Notes: generated from the letters alone by a model not told the origin. 64,000 nt of DNA from Octopus sinensis (GCF_006345805.1 NC_043000.1:46934001-46998000); one strand, 5' to 3'. Positions 25,566 through 38,365 are shown, counted from the first letter of the stretch. Numbers and translations are program-made.

Positions 25566-26599
25566 ACACACACACACACACACATGCACACACACACAAG
25601 TGCATACAAAGACATAACTTGCTGCCTGTGATTCCAAGTAAATATTACACTAACAATAAACATTAGCTTGCTATAGAACACATAGTACAAGATAACTGTG
25701 GACAACTGAAAAGTCTCTAGAGTAAGGAAATGTCGGTGAATGCTAACAGAATGTAGGTAAGCAATCAAATGTATTATTCACTATTCATGTGTTGGATAAG
25801 TTTGCTGTTTGAGATTTTTCTACGAATTCTGCATCATTTTATCAGAAGACAACATCTTTATAATCAATTGTCTATAACGGCTTAAATTCTATGGACTATC
25901 AAACTTATCTTCTGTATATTTGTCTGCTGCACTTCATTTTGATTGGTTGGCACAAATCTTCTTATATATATTTGTTCGATTAGATTTTAACTCAATGTAT
26001 GAAGATTTACATATATCCAGCAGACAGGTACATTTCTACCTCTACCCATTGTAGTTTTCATAATCAATTGCAGTTTCATAGTGGCATGATTAGTTCTGAC
26101 AAATGCTGGGATTTGAACTCAGAATTCCTAGGTGGAATTCTGTCTCACGTTGCAAAGAGCTGGAATGGGGACTGCAAGGAATCACACCGGATGCTCTAAC
26201 AATTCTAAAAACATACAATCTCTGACTGTTTCTTTCTAAATTGACCATAGGACAATGAAAGCGAAGTTGTTATTGGAGCTATTTGAACTCAGAGTGCCAG
26301 AAACCAGAACAAATATTAAAAGTCTTTAACTTAGATCCAGCTCAACAGCAATGATAAGAAGGAGGAGGGGAAGGATGCTGATGACAGCGATGACATTGAC
26401 AATGACGAACATGATGGTGATGATAATGACAACATATATACATGTAATTAAGATGGCTTTGCATTCACAGCTTATGCATATGACAGCAAAATAATCTGCT
26501 ACACTTATTGTGCTGTCTAACCCCAAATCAGCTCTTTTTGAGCCAATAAAAGACATTCCAGCTGTGACCATCTTATCTTTTGTTTTGTTTCTTTTTAAA

Positions 26600-27010
26600 T
26601 AAACTGTATCTGGTATTCTTTATTCTTTTTATTCTTTTACTTGCTCCAGTCATTTGACTGTGGCCATGCTGGAGCACTGCCTTTAGTAGAGAAAATCGCC
26701 CCCAGGACTTATTCTTTGTAAGCCTAGTACTTATTCTATTGGTCTTTTTAGCCGAACCGCTAAGTACCTGTAAACACATCAGCATCGGTTGTCAAGCGAT
26801 GTTGTGGGATACAAACAGACACACAAACATATACACACACATACATATACATATATACGACGGGCTTCTTTTAGTTTCCGTCTACCAAATCCACTCACAA
26901 GGCTTTGGTCGGCCCGATGCTATAGTAGAAGACACTTGCCCAAGGTGCCATGCAGTGGGACTGAACCCAGAACCAGGTGGTTGGTAAGTAAGCTACTTAC
27001 CACTGAGCCA
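26600..27010 (-). mobile_element. SINE-A
   Basis: Same head and body as 2889-3297. Confidence 0.88.
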
Positions 27011-27901
27011 CTCCAACGTCTATACTTAATATATACTTCCTTTTTCTTCACATGTTAAATTGTGATTTGAGAGAGATTTAGCATTCATTTCTCGCAAGCT
27101 GATTCACAACCTAAATGCTCTCTCTCACACAGAATCCTTTGTAATTGTATTGTCTCTACTCTGCTTCAAGTCAAACATCTAAGCTTGCTTATTAAGTGTT
27201 TGCTTCAACAAATTCCTGGCTTTATTCATATACCTAATAGTTGACTAGTTAGTGCAAGGATGATTAGACATTTCTTAAAACCAAATTAGCTACTATAATA
27301 ATTATAGAGACAATTCAGGGAAGAAGGGATTTTCTTTAGTGCTGTCAGAGCTGACACAACCTTTTTAATGTTAGTGAATGAATGAATGGAGAGATTATAG
27401 GTTAGAAAGGTCCTACAAAATAGAGAAATTGCACTGGGGAGGATTTTGGAAAAATTAATGGAAATGGTTATGTAGATAACTTAAATTTGATATTCATATG
27501 CATCCAACTATGAAGAAGATACATAAATACTCCATTATCAACTTGGGAAAAGTTTGATAATAGAATATTTTATAAATCATCTAAATTCAGAAAACTGGCT
27601 TCACCTTGGCAGAAGAAGATACATGAATTGATGTGTGTGTAATCCCAGCATTACTTCTATTTCTCTTATCTTTTGTTTTGTTTCTTTTTAGTATTCTACC
27701 ATTCCTTAGCCAATTTAGGCATTAACTGGAATATAATACTTTTAAGATAGTGTAAATTTTTTTTCTATCTGTTAGTTCAAAACATACTTATGGATAGAGA
27801 TATTAAAAATATAAAAATATTACTTGTTAAGGTTTGCTAAAGCACACTGCTAACACAGTAGAATACAGTATTGACTTATAAAAATGTTTAATATTCTCTA
27901 T

Positions 27902-28430
27902 AGGTGTTAGAGTGGCTGTGTGGTAAGTAGCTTGCTTATGAACCACATGGTTCCGGGTTCAGTCCCACTGCATGGCACCTCGGGCCGACAAAAGCCTTGT
28001 GAGTAGATTTGGTAGAAGAAAACTGAAAAAGCCCGTCGCATAGGCGCAGGAGTGGCTGTTTGGTAAGTAGCTTGCTTACCAACCACATGGTTCCGGGTTC
28101 AGTCCCACTGCGTGGCACCTTGGGCAAGTGTCTTCTACTATTGCCTCGGGTCGACCAAAGCCTTGTGAGTGGATTTGGTAGATGGAAACTGAAAGAAGCT
28201 CGTCGTATATATGTGTGTGTGTGTTTATGTGTTAGTGTTTGTCCCCCCCAACATCACTTGACAATCGATGGTGGTGTGTTTACATCCCGTAACTTAGCGA
28301 TTTGGCAAAAGAGACCAATAGAATAAGTACTAGGCTTACAAAGAATAAGTCCTGGGGTCGATTTTCTCGACTAAAGGTGGTGCTCCAGTATGGCCACAGT
28401 CAAATGACTGAAACAAGTAAAAGAGATATA
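27902..28430 (+). mobile_element. SINE-A with duplicated head
   Basis: Internally deleted head at 27902-28040, directly followed by a full copy from 28042. Confidence 0.85.
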
Positions 28431-28439
28431 TATATATAA

Positions 28440-29100
28440 ACTTGCCTCGTCTGGCACCTGTGTTGGTGGCACATAAAATCACCCATACACTCTCGGAGTG
28501 GTGGCGTTAGGAAGGGCATCCAGTGTAGAAACACTGCAGATCTGACTGACCTGGTGCAGCCTTCGAGCTTGCCAGACCCAGTTGAATGTCCAACCCATGC
28601 TAACTGGAGCGTGACGTTAAACGATGATGTGATGATGATGACAATATGTTATGTGTGTGTGTGTGTATAGATTTGTGTGTCTGTGTTTGTGCCGCCAACA
28701 TTGCTTGACAGCTGATGCTGGTGTGTTTACGCCCCTGTAACTTAGTGGTTCAGCAAAAGAGACCGATAGAATAAATACTATGCTTACAAAGAATAAGCTC
28801 TGGGGTCAATTTGCTTGACTAAAGGCGGTGCTCCAGTATGGCCACAGTCAAATGACTGAAACAAGTAAAAGAGTAAAAGAGAAAGAGTAGAGTAAGGTGG
28901 TGAGCTGGTAGAAACTATAGCATGCCGGGTGAAATGTTTTGTCTGTCTTTATGTTCTGAGTTCAAATTCCTCTGGGGTTGACTTTGCCTTTCGTCTTTTC
29001 GGGGTCGATAAATCAAGTACCAGTTGAGTACTGGAGTTGATCTAATCGACCGGTCCTCTCCCCAAAAATTTTAGACCTTATGCCTAGAGTAGAAAAGAAT
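28440..29100 (+). mobile_element. Stack of RTE-tail fragment, SINE-A 3' half and SINE-B variant
   Basis: Approximate boundaries 28440-28640, 28650-28890 and 28895-29100. Confidence 0.75.
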
Positions 29101-30079
29101 ATTCTTTATAGTATATTATATTGGACATACTGTATTTCACAGCACATAACCCAGTATATCGTTCATTGTTATCACAGTTGTTATAGATATCCAACCTCAA
29201 GTTAGCATTAATTCAAACATAGTGTTAATGTTATAGGTTTTATCTCACTGTGAACAAAGAAACTGTGGCCAATCTGATTGGTTTCTATTTTACTTAGACT
29301 CAAGGGCTAAGGGTCATTCTTTTGCTTTTACTAGATATTAATAAAATATATATACTCATGTTTTGAGTTCTCGTATTCCTGTTTGCATTGGAAAAATTAT
29401 ATATATAGACAGATATGTGTGTGCGTGTATTTTTGTCTATGTTTGTCCTCCACCATCACTTCATAAATGGTGTTGGTGTATTTATGTCCCCATAACTTAG
29501 CGGTTAGGGAAAAAAATAAAGGGACCAATAGAATAAGTAACAGATTTAAAAACTAATAAGGACCAGGGTAGTGGGGCAATACATTCAACTGAAATTCTTT
29601 GAGGTGGTGCCCCAATTTGGTCATGTTTTTATGTGTGAGACCATTTAAAGATTATGAGAAAAGAAAAAAGAAAAGAATGGAAAGAAAGAAAGAAAGGAAG
29701 AAAGAAAGAGGGAAATATATCTAAATTGGGATTGTGTGCTAAATACTTTTGACTCATTGTAACAATGACACATTGTAGCAATGATGATGAGAAGCAAATT
29801 CAAAAAGAACCTTCAACTTAACTGTAACTGTTTGAAGACAGATAAAAATGTCAATATATTGTTAGCTTTGCAATAGACACAGTTCAGCTACCTGTTTAAA
29901 TTGCTTATTAGTTAGTTATACAGTACATACATCTGCAGCTGACAGCAGTGAAATATAACATCCTACAGCAAATATTTACAGCTAGTTTGATTGAATCTTT
30001 GAAACTTAATTGTCTTTGACAAGGATGCAATACTGCACTAGTGACATGATACAAACTTAAAATCCTTAATCCAATTTAC

Positions 30080-30172
30080 CTTTTGGCATCTTAACGACTT
30101 GTCTCACTGTGACACTCTAACAATACATTGGAATTTTGGCACCACAAAGACACAAAACCAATTTCTCAATTA
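30080..30172 (-). other. Candidate 93-nt exon, possibly ending in ATG CCA AAA G (MPK...)
   Basis: Acceptor TTCTGTATTGCAG, donor AAG|GTAAAT, ATG at 30089-30087 with A at -3. Confidence 0.3.
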
Positions 30173-32120
30173 CTGCAATACAGAATTTAATTTTTTACTT
30201 TTATTTTTATTTCATTTATTTTTTTATGCGCTTTTGGTCTTCGAATCTGCAAAGAATTTTACCTTTGCTTTCCATCCCACTGGAGTCAATAGAATAAATA
30301 CCTGTAATGTCCTTTGGTAAATTTATTCCATTGTTTTACATTATTCTTGACAGCAGTTGGCCTTGGACTTTATTAAATGTACTTGAGAGTAGAATTTAAT
30401 TAAGAAAAAAAGTGTTATTGTTAAACAACAGTTCAACCTTGACTGAGAAGATTTATAATCACAGGTATTCCAACCATGACCATCTTAATTCTATGTGTAT
30501 CCAGAATAATATTTTCAATGCGTTTTTCATTTTGGAAGTGAACACACTGTGATTTAAGAAATATTTTCCTGCTGTTTCTTACAAACTGAAGGACCACGTC
30601 GAGGATCTCTCATATCCTGGGAGTAATGAGCAAGAAGAAACAGTAGAATTATTATGGGCATTAATTCTTGTTCTCTTTGAATTCTTTATTTTCTCCCTCT
30701 TTCTGAAATCAACAAAATAATTACTAGTCAGAGTTATTTAGCTCCTGTGTCAACCTTCTGTTCAAACATACTTATGGCTAAAGATATTCCAGTCATGATT
30801 ATCCAGTTTTATTTTCAGACATATCTTGGATTTAATTCTCCAAATTATTCTTTTCTTTCAAATAACAGGATGTGATGTTAAGGTGAGTTGGTCCCTATTT
30901 ATGTTTCTAATTGATTATTATCTAATATACACATGTTTTCATTTTCCTACTTTCCTCTGAGAAAGTACAAATAAGCCAAAAATATTTGGAAAGGTCTTTT
31001 GATAGTTTGAAATAAATATTAAACACCATTAAACTGAAATACAATGTAATTGTTATGTTATTTAACCTCAGGTGTGAAATGATAAAGCATTCCTATTTTG
31101 AAACAATATTTCAAATAGGACCAAACAGGGCTACTTTTATTCAAGTAGTGAATAATCGTCGTCATGATGATGATGATGATGATGATGATGGCATGGGTTG
31201 AATGGTTTGATCAGAGCTGACAAGCTGGAGAGCTACACTAAGCTCCAGTTTGATTTGGTATGGTTTCTATGGCTAAAAACCCTTCCTAACACCAACCACC
31301 TCACAAAGTATGCTGAGTGCTTTTACATGACACTGGTACAAGCGTTTTCTATGTGGCACCAGCACAAGACTCTTGCAGATCAATTCTCTTCACCAGGGAA
31401 CCAGCCTGAAGACTTCTGCTGTGAAGTACAGGTCTTCTTGAGTACAGCAAGGTGCCAGGTATCTCAGTCAATCATCATCCCATCTGAAAGGTTCAGCATG
31501 AAGCTAAGACTGAAATTATCCACTGGGTCCTACTAAGTGTGATTTGAAGAAGGGAAATGTGGCTGCTACTTATGGCATGTCAAGGGACCACATACAAACC
31601 CCATTTTTAGCTAATTTACTTAACCATATTCTTGCCCTGTTAAACATTGACCACATGCCAAAGTCAATACAAAGAAAATCAATGTCATAACTTATTTGAT
31701 GGGTTTCATTTGAGAAACAAAGAATCTTCATTATTATCAAAGATATTACATTATATATCAGGAAAAATCAGGAGAAATCAGGAGAAAGGAAGGCTGTATT
31801 TGATAAAACAACAACAAAAAAATAAAGTAAAGCAAAAAAAAAGTAAAATTAAAGAAGAAAATGTTATTGGCAATGTCATCTTGGCCATTAACTTTCTGAC
31901 ATCTCAGCCATTAGTGTATATAATGTAATAACACTATAGTAAAACATTAAAAAGTGACAAATTTCTCAGAGAGATAAGGGAAAATATACTGTGCGCACAC
32001 ACATACACACAGGCATATACAGAGATGCAAACACACTCGCAGAGAATATATGAGTGTGTATATGTATTTATGCATACACATATATATATCTATGTATCTA
32101 TATCTATATAAATGAATATA

Positions 32121-32159
<39 letters not shown>

Positions 32160-32478
32160 GTGTGTGTTCGTGTGATCATATACATACATATATTTAGAAA
32201 TGTATGTATATATGTATGTGTATCTGTGTATGCATGTGTGTGTGTGTATATTCCATACTCTGTATGTACATGTGTGTATGTAAATCATTCTCTCTACATA
32301 GATATATACATATAGATACTTAAGCATATATATATATGTGTATGTGTGTGTGTGTGTGTGTGTGGGTGTGTATGCATATAAATATAACTATATATAAATA
32401 TATACATATAACAAAAATATGTGTGTGGGAGTGAATACACATATATATATATTATATACATGCACACTCACACACACT

Positions 32479-32510
<32 letters not shown>

Positions 32511-32521
32511 CACATATATGC

Positions 32522-32584
<63 letters not shown>

Positions 32585-33017
32585 AACATACCGATACATA
32601 AACTGTGTATATATGATGTTTGGTTTCCAAATAAAAATTTAGATTACTTAGTCTGTCAATAAGTGACCAAACCAATATTAACAAATCTAGATATTAATCT
32701 TATATATTTAACAATTTGTCATCAAACCAATCTTTTTTTGCCCTAACATATTATCTTTCTGAAACATTTCCTTATTTTCATATTTCAAAGAAGCCAACAT
32801 TCACCAGGAATTTTGTTACTGTAGGAAACCATAAATACAAGTAACAACTCTTGTAATAGTATTAAGAGGATATTTCTGTCGAATGTTATTCAAACTTAAA
32901 GGCTAAATTACTCATTGTTTTTATCATTGTTTATTTTCTGCAGCAACCGGTCTATACAAAGAAAATTTTACTTAATACATAAGAGTATTGTATGTTAAAT
33001 ATTTGGATGCTATTTCT

Positions 33018-33254
33018 TATTTCTTTATATTGCCCACAAAGGGCTAAACATAGAGGGGACAAACAAGGACAGACAAAGGGATTAAGTCGATTGCATCGAC
33101 CCAAATATGTAACAGGTACTTAATTTATCCACTCCGAAAGGATGAAAGGCAAAGTCGACCTTGGCGGAATTCGAACTCAGAACGTAATGGCAGATGAAAC
33201 ATCGCTAAGCATTTCGCCCAGTGTGCTAACGTTTTTGCCAGCTCGCCGCCTTAT
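33018..33254 (-). mobile_element. SINE-B
   Basis: 16-bp TSD with one mismatch, TTTG(G/A)ATGCTATTTCT, at 33002-33017 and 33255-33270. Confidence 0.9.
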
Positions 33255-33720
33255 TTTGAATGCTATTTCTATTAGGCCAAGCATCCATATATGTGCATCT
33301 TCATTGCCTTCTTTTTAGAGATTGCTTGACTTGCTTTAGTCAATCCTCCAGTTGAAAGTATTCCAGTCAACACAAATACCTGTTATGTCCATTTCAAACA
33401 ACTAATTTATTCATTGTACATAGTTTGTTTTCTTAGAAGAAAAGGGCACCCTAAGAAGGGAGGTAGCCGACAAATCTAGTTGGTTGAATGATTATGCTGA
33501 GGTTAATTGTGGGCTTGAATAAAAATATTGGCTTATAATTTTGATGAGATTGAACAAGCAGTTTCAGAATCAACTTGATGATGTTCGAGTATAGCAAATG
33601 CTTTGATCTGAGAGTGTGTGTTAAAATAAACCAACTGCAGCATCGAGACAAATATGTGTGTCTGCATATAGATATATTTAAATACATACATATACATACA
33701 TAAAAATATGTATGTATATA

Positions 33721-33822
<102 letters not shown>

Positions 33823-33828
33823 ATATAC

Positions 33829-34096
33829 AAATGAAAGAATGGAGTTGAACGACGATTTTAACAAAATTCCTTTACTCTCGACACATGTTTCGAAGGCTGC
33901 ATATTCCTAATTCCGAAGGAATAAAGGGTGCATTATGCCGCCATCTCATCAGGAAAGACAAGGAACTTATGTCAGCACCGATGGCAGCATAATGCACCCT
34001 TTATTCCTTCGGAATTAGGAATATGCAGCCTTCGAAACATGTGTCGAGAGTAAAGGAATTTTGTTAAAATCGTTGTTCGACTCCATTCTTTCATTT
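33829..34096. repeat. 117-bp inverted repeat pair (Penelope-type inverted pseudo-LTR)
   Basis: 33829-33945 and 33980-34096 are reverse complements with about 3 mismatches. Confidence 0.85.
33875..33957 (-). ncRNA. Type I hammerhead ribozyme motif
   Basis: CTTTC-CTGATGA-long stem II-GAAA-CATGTG-TC-GAGAG. Stem I 5 bp (one G-U), invariant core intact, palindromic ACATGT in stem III, predicted cut after GUC between 33880 and 33879. Confidence 0.75.
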
Positions 34097-34249
34097 ATTC
34101 ATAGTTAAAAAAAAACACACAAATTTACACACGAGAACACGGGATCCCTGCCCTTGGCATATAGCTTCAACCATGTTTTCTGACGTGAGTTTGCTACCCA
34201 GGTATCGGTTAACCGAATTATCCATACTAGGATAATTCATTCACCTTCT

Positions 34250-34281
<32 letters not shown>

Positions 34282-34288
34282 TATCTTT

Positions 34289-34532
34289 ATTAATACACAA
34301 CTATGAGAGAGAATCCACTATGTGGACGCTCTTACACTAGATATAGATCCGCAAAGGGACTCAACCACTAAGAATTGTTCTCAAGAAATAATTCAGCAAA
34401 CCAAGAACGTAAACGAGCAGGACAAATGAAAAATAACGAACATATAGATTAACCCCATGAATTATTTCTTGAGAACAATTCTTAGTGGTTGAGCGTTCAT
34501 ATAGTGGATTTCTCTCATAGTTGTGTATTAAT
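34289..34532. repeat. Nested inverted repeats (fold-back)
   Basis: Perfect 36-bp IR 34360-34395 / 34458-34493; imperfect ~40-bp IR 34289-34329 / 34493-34532. Confidence 0.8.
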
Positions 34533-35731
34533 AATATTTACTGATTCTCAGTCTTTTATACGCTAGGCCACTGGTGTTTAAATTGATGTTATTAAATTAA
34601 TATCCAATTTTTTCACCCTCTTTTTGACTTTAATTATACATCTTTATGTATACACACACATAAACACACACACAAACACACACATACACAAACACACTCA
34701 CATATATAATGTATTTATGTCTATCAATATAATGATTAAGTAATTACAAGAAAACAAGGAAGATTTATTCAATGATAAATATTCTGACAATTGTTTCTAA
34801 GCCATGATCACTTCATCAGAAAATGTAGCATGAATTAATGATCTTACATTTTCTCTGATGAAGTGGTTATGCTACAGAAACAATTGCAAGGCGTTTTTTT
34901 AATGAGTAAATCTAACATGCTGTTCTTTGATTCTATAATCATTGCATTGCTCTGTGGATATGACAACCTCTTCACACATGTCACAGAATTATGTATAATT
35001 TAGCATCTTTCAGCGTGAATTTAGAGTGTAATCAATCATACAGAATTTCATTTAAATGATTACATGTAATACTTTTGTGCTCATTAATCCCAAACTACTG
35101 TATGTATGTGTGTGCATGCATATGTAAGTGCTTGTGTATGTGTGTGCATGCACGCATATGTAAGTGCTAGTGTGTGTGCGAGCATTAATTCTAATGTAAT
35201 TCACATAAATATGATTCAAGAGAAGAAGTCTGGTGCCTGTATTGGGGTGTTGTAAACTCAATAATATTTCCATAATTCACAAATAAAAGAATGTCAAAAA
35301 ATATGAAGTTGATGTATGTTTCACACAGAAGTGAAAAAGTAAGACAGTCTAGGAATTTTCAACTTATATAAGTACATATCTTATATTGCATGTATATATT
35401 CTATACATATACACACGCGCATGCATGCACACACATACATACATATATGAGAGTGATATTGTTTGCAACTCTAAATCAACAAAATCTTTGGGAGTGTATT
35501 TTAAAGATAGAGAATGAAGGAAACCCCTCAAATGTACGTGTGTTTTAGTGGAAATGAACTTCAACCATGTGTGCTGGCTGTAAGTAATGCCCTTGCTGAC
35601 AATTCTGGGCTGTTTGCTGCTTGATAGCTAGGGAGATTATAACCTTGCTTGAGAATAAATGAAAATTTACAAAAGGAAGGGCACCTGGTCATAAATTCTC
35701 TACCCCAAATTTATCTTGTCTGATCTATACA

Positions 35732-37255
35732 GGTCCCACATATGAAACCAGCCACCTCAGTAACTTTTTAGATACCCTCTTAAAACAATTCCTCAAGCAT
35801 GTCAAAAGCTATATAAGGGATGACCTGGATATGCTCAATCACCTTCCTGAAACAATAAATAAAAACACCCTACTAGTATCCTTCGATGTAGTCAACCTCT
35901 ATTCCAATATCCCCCACAACCTATGAATAGAGGCAATTCAATTCTGGCTAGAGAATTACATCAACGAACCCCCACATCGCATCAAAAAAGAATTCGTGAT
36001 AGAAGGGCTAAAATGCATCTTGGAGAATAACTACTTCGTCTTCAAAGACAAATTCTATCGACAAAAATTGGGGACTGTGATGGGTACGAGAATGGCCTCT
36101 CCTTCACTAACCTAGTCGTGGGATATCTAGAAATCAGTCTTTATCGTAAGGTTCTAGAAAAATACGGCAGCCCATTCTCCCTCTACATAGAAAATAACTG
36201 GAAGAGATACCTGGATGGCTGTTTTATTTTTTGGCCTGAAAATATAGAAAGACTTAAAGAATTCGATGCACTTATAAATGGACTTGACATAAATATAGCC
36301 ATCAATAACTTCCCTTCCTCAACATCCTCATTAAGAAATCTACAACGTAATAGAAACAGATATATACTATAAGCCCACGGACTCCAAGCAATATCATACC
36401 ACCTCAGACACACCAGAATGAACATCCCCTCCAACCTAGCAAAAAGGATATGTACTATAGCTTCTAATGCAAATACCAGAGATACATGACTACATGAACT
36501 AAAGGATACACTTATCACCAGGAACTACCCACCTTCACATATGCTTTCAAGTGCCCTTTAACTAAACATCCACGAACTCAAACATCCCAAATTAAAGAAG
36601 GATTTACAACCAAAAGTCCTACCATACATCTCCACACACACCCTTTAACAATGAAGCCTTTGACACCATCCTTCAAAACATTCCCCTGCTAAAAAAGGAC
36701 CACAGAATGAACTTAATCCTCCAAACACACAACATCATAAAAAACAAGAGAACCCAAATCTATGAAAAGTTTCCTAACACAAGCCCAAATATGCTCAACA
36801 ACACAGAGGCTGTCAGAAAAAAAAAATGCGGAAGACCCAACTGTGGAAAACGAGTCACTTTAATTGAGGGATCAGAGTTCCCCTTCAAACAGGGACAATG
36901 TTTCACAGTAAAAAGCAGCTTCACATGTGCTTTAGAGAACCTGATATACACATTAACCGGCTCTGGGTGTCAAGAACAATACATAGGCCAAACAAAAAAC
37001 AGTCTACATAAAAGGATGGCTCTGCACGGATCCCAGATCAAAATTCCCCAAAACAGAAAAATAGCATTCAGCCAACACATCGATATTTGCACCAATAACA
37101 AAAATTCAAGCTTTAGAATTTTTCCCCTCTACCAATTCCTGGACGATACAACCTGTAGCCAACGAATTAGTAAAAAGACTTGCTTTATAACAAAATACAG
37201 ACCACTTTTGAATGCAACTACAACAAATGACATATCAACCACAGCCTTAGAATAA
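35732..37255 (+). mobile_element. Penelope-like element RT + GIY-YIG endonuclease pseudogene (Neptune-like)
   Basis: LVSFDVVNLYSNIPH, RQKLGTVMGTRMASP and WKRYLDGCFIFW (RT motifs A, B', C; second Asp lost); CGRPNCG linker; NLIYTLTGSGCQEQYIGQTKNSLHKRM (GIY-YIG). Stops, frameshifts and a deletion are present. Confidence 0.92.
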
Positions 37256-37934
37256 CACTAACACACACACAAATATTAAGAATGATACACTCAAGAGATT
37301 CTCAAAAATTCATAAAAACAGTCCCAGTCACTGCTATATTCCATAATGATCCACTTTTAGGTCACTTGATCATTTAACATCCTACTACTATCATACCACC
37401 TGCATTCCTCTATTATTCTCCCTTCTCTTTTTCCTTCTTTTTCACCTTCTTCCTCCCCGTCACCTCCTTCCTAACTTCACCACTATTGCTGTTTAGAATA
37501 ACACCTATGCAAATTTTATAAACAATATATTTAAAAGAGATGTCTCAAGAATTCAATCACTACTACCATCCACAACAAGTCACTTTCAGGGCACTTGACC
37601 ATTTAACATCCTACTACTATCATGGCACTCCCTCATTCTTCTTCTTTTCCTTCTTCTTCTCCTTCCCTAACAAGAATTCACAATGACCTCAAACCCACAA
37701 GATTAAACAAGAGAGACAGAGACAGGCAGAAACAAGGAAAATGCCCTTGTATTTGAATACTATGCAAATATTCTTTTGAAAACTTTACTTTTAATTTTTC
37801 CAAAATTTAATTGCTTTCCATACTTACAGTTGAAAAAGTGTCTATGACTGAAACCGATACTGAAATGATTTTTATAAAATCATTTTAGCATTTTCTACCT
37901 TTACTTTTTTACATATGTATATATATATATATAT

Positions 37935-38296
37935 ACTAGCAGTATCGCCTGGCGTTGCTCAGGTTTGTAAGGGAAATAACTATAAAGCATTTTTAGAGAG
38001 TTATAGCCAAAAAAATGGAAAAAAACTATGGTAAATTATTTTTTGAGATTTACAAAAAGGTGGAGTTGCGTCCCCTAGACAGTTTGTGGTTCGTGTTTCA
38101 ATTCTCGACCCCATGTCGAATTTATCGATTTTTTTCAGAACTGGGGGAACTTTTCAAAATTTTCACTGCGTTAGTTTTGAATTATGACATTGGGCTATGT
38201 GTGTGTCAAGTTTCATCAGAATCGTTTGAAAGCCGTGGTCAGAGTGAGGGTACAAGCAAACAGACACACAGAAACACGCACAGACAAACTGCCGTT

Positions 38297-38310
<14 letters not shown>
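37935..38310 (-). mobile_element. Non-autonomous Helitron/Helentron-like element
   Basis: Minus-strand 3' end CTAGT at 37935-37939 with adjacent hairpin CCTG-GCGTTGCT-CAGG; other end AAGTTTCATCAGAATCG..ACAAACAG/CA repeat, as in Lep1/DINE-like elements; sits in a TA repeat. Confidence 0.6.

Positions 38311-38365
<55 letters not shown>

Noticed and set aside
3062-28326. Recurrent ORFs such as RRASFSF..LWSARGYSRRHLPK and YDGLLSVS..GLNPEPCGW that look like a gene family
   Set aside because: They are antisense translations of SINE-A copies.
35924-35926. In-frame TGA in the Penelope-like RT as possible selenocysteine
   Set aside because: It falls in PHNL*IEAI, where Gly (GGA) is the usual residue rather than Cys, and the copy has other disabling mutations; a simple nonsense change is more likely.
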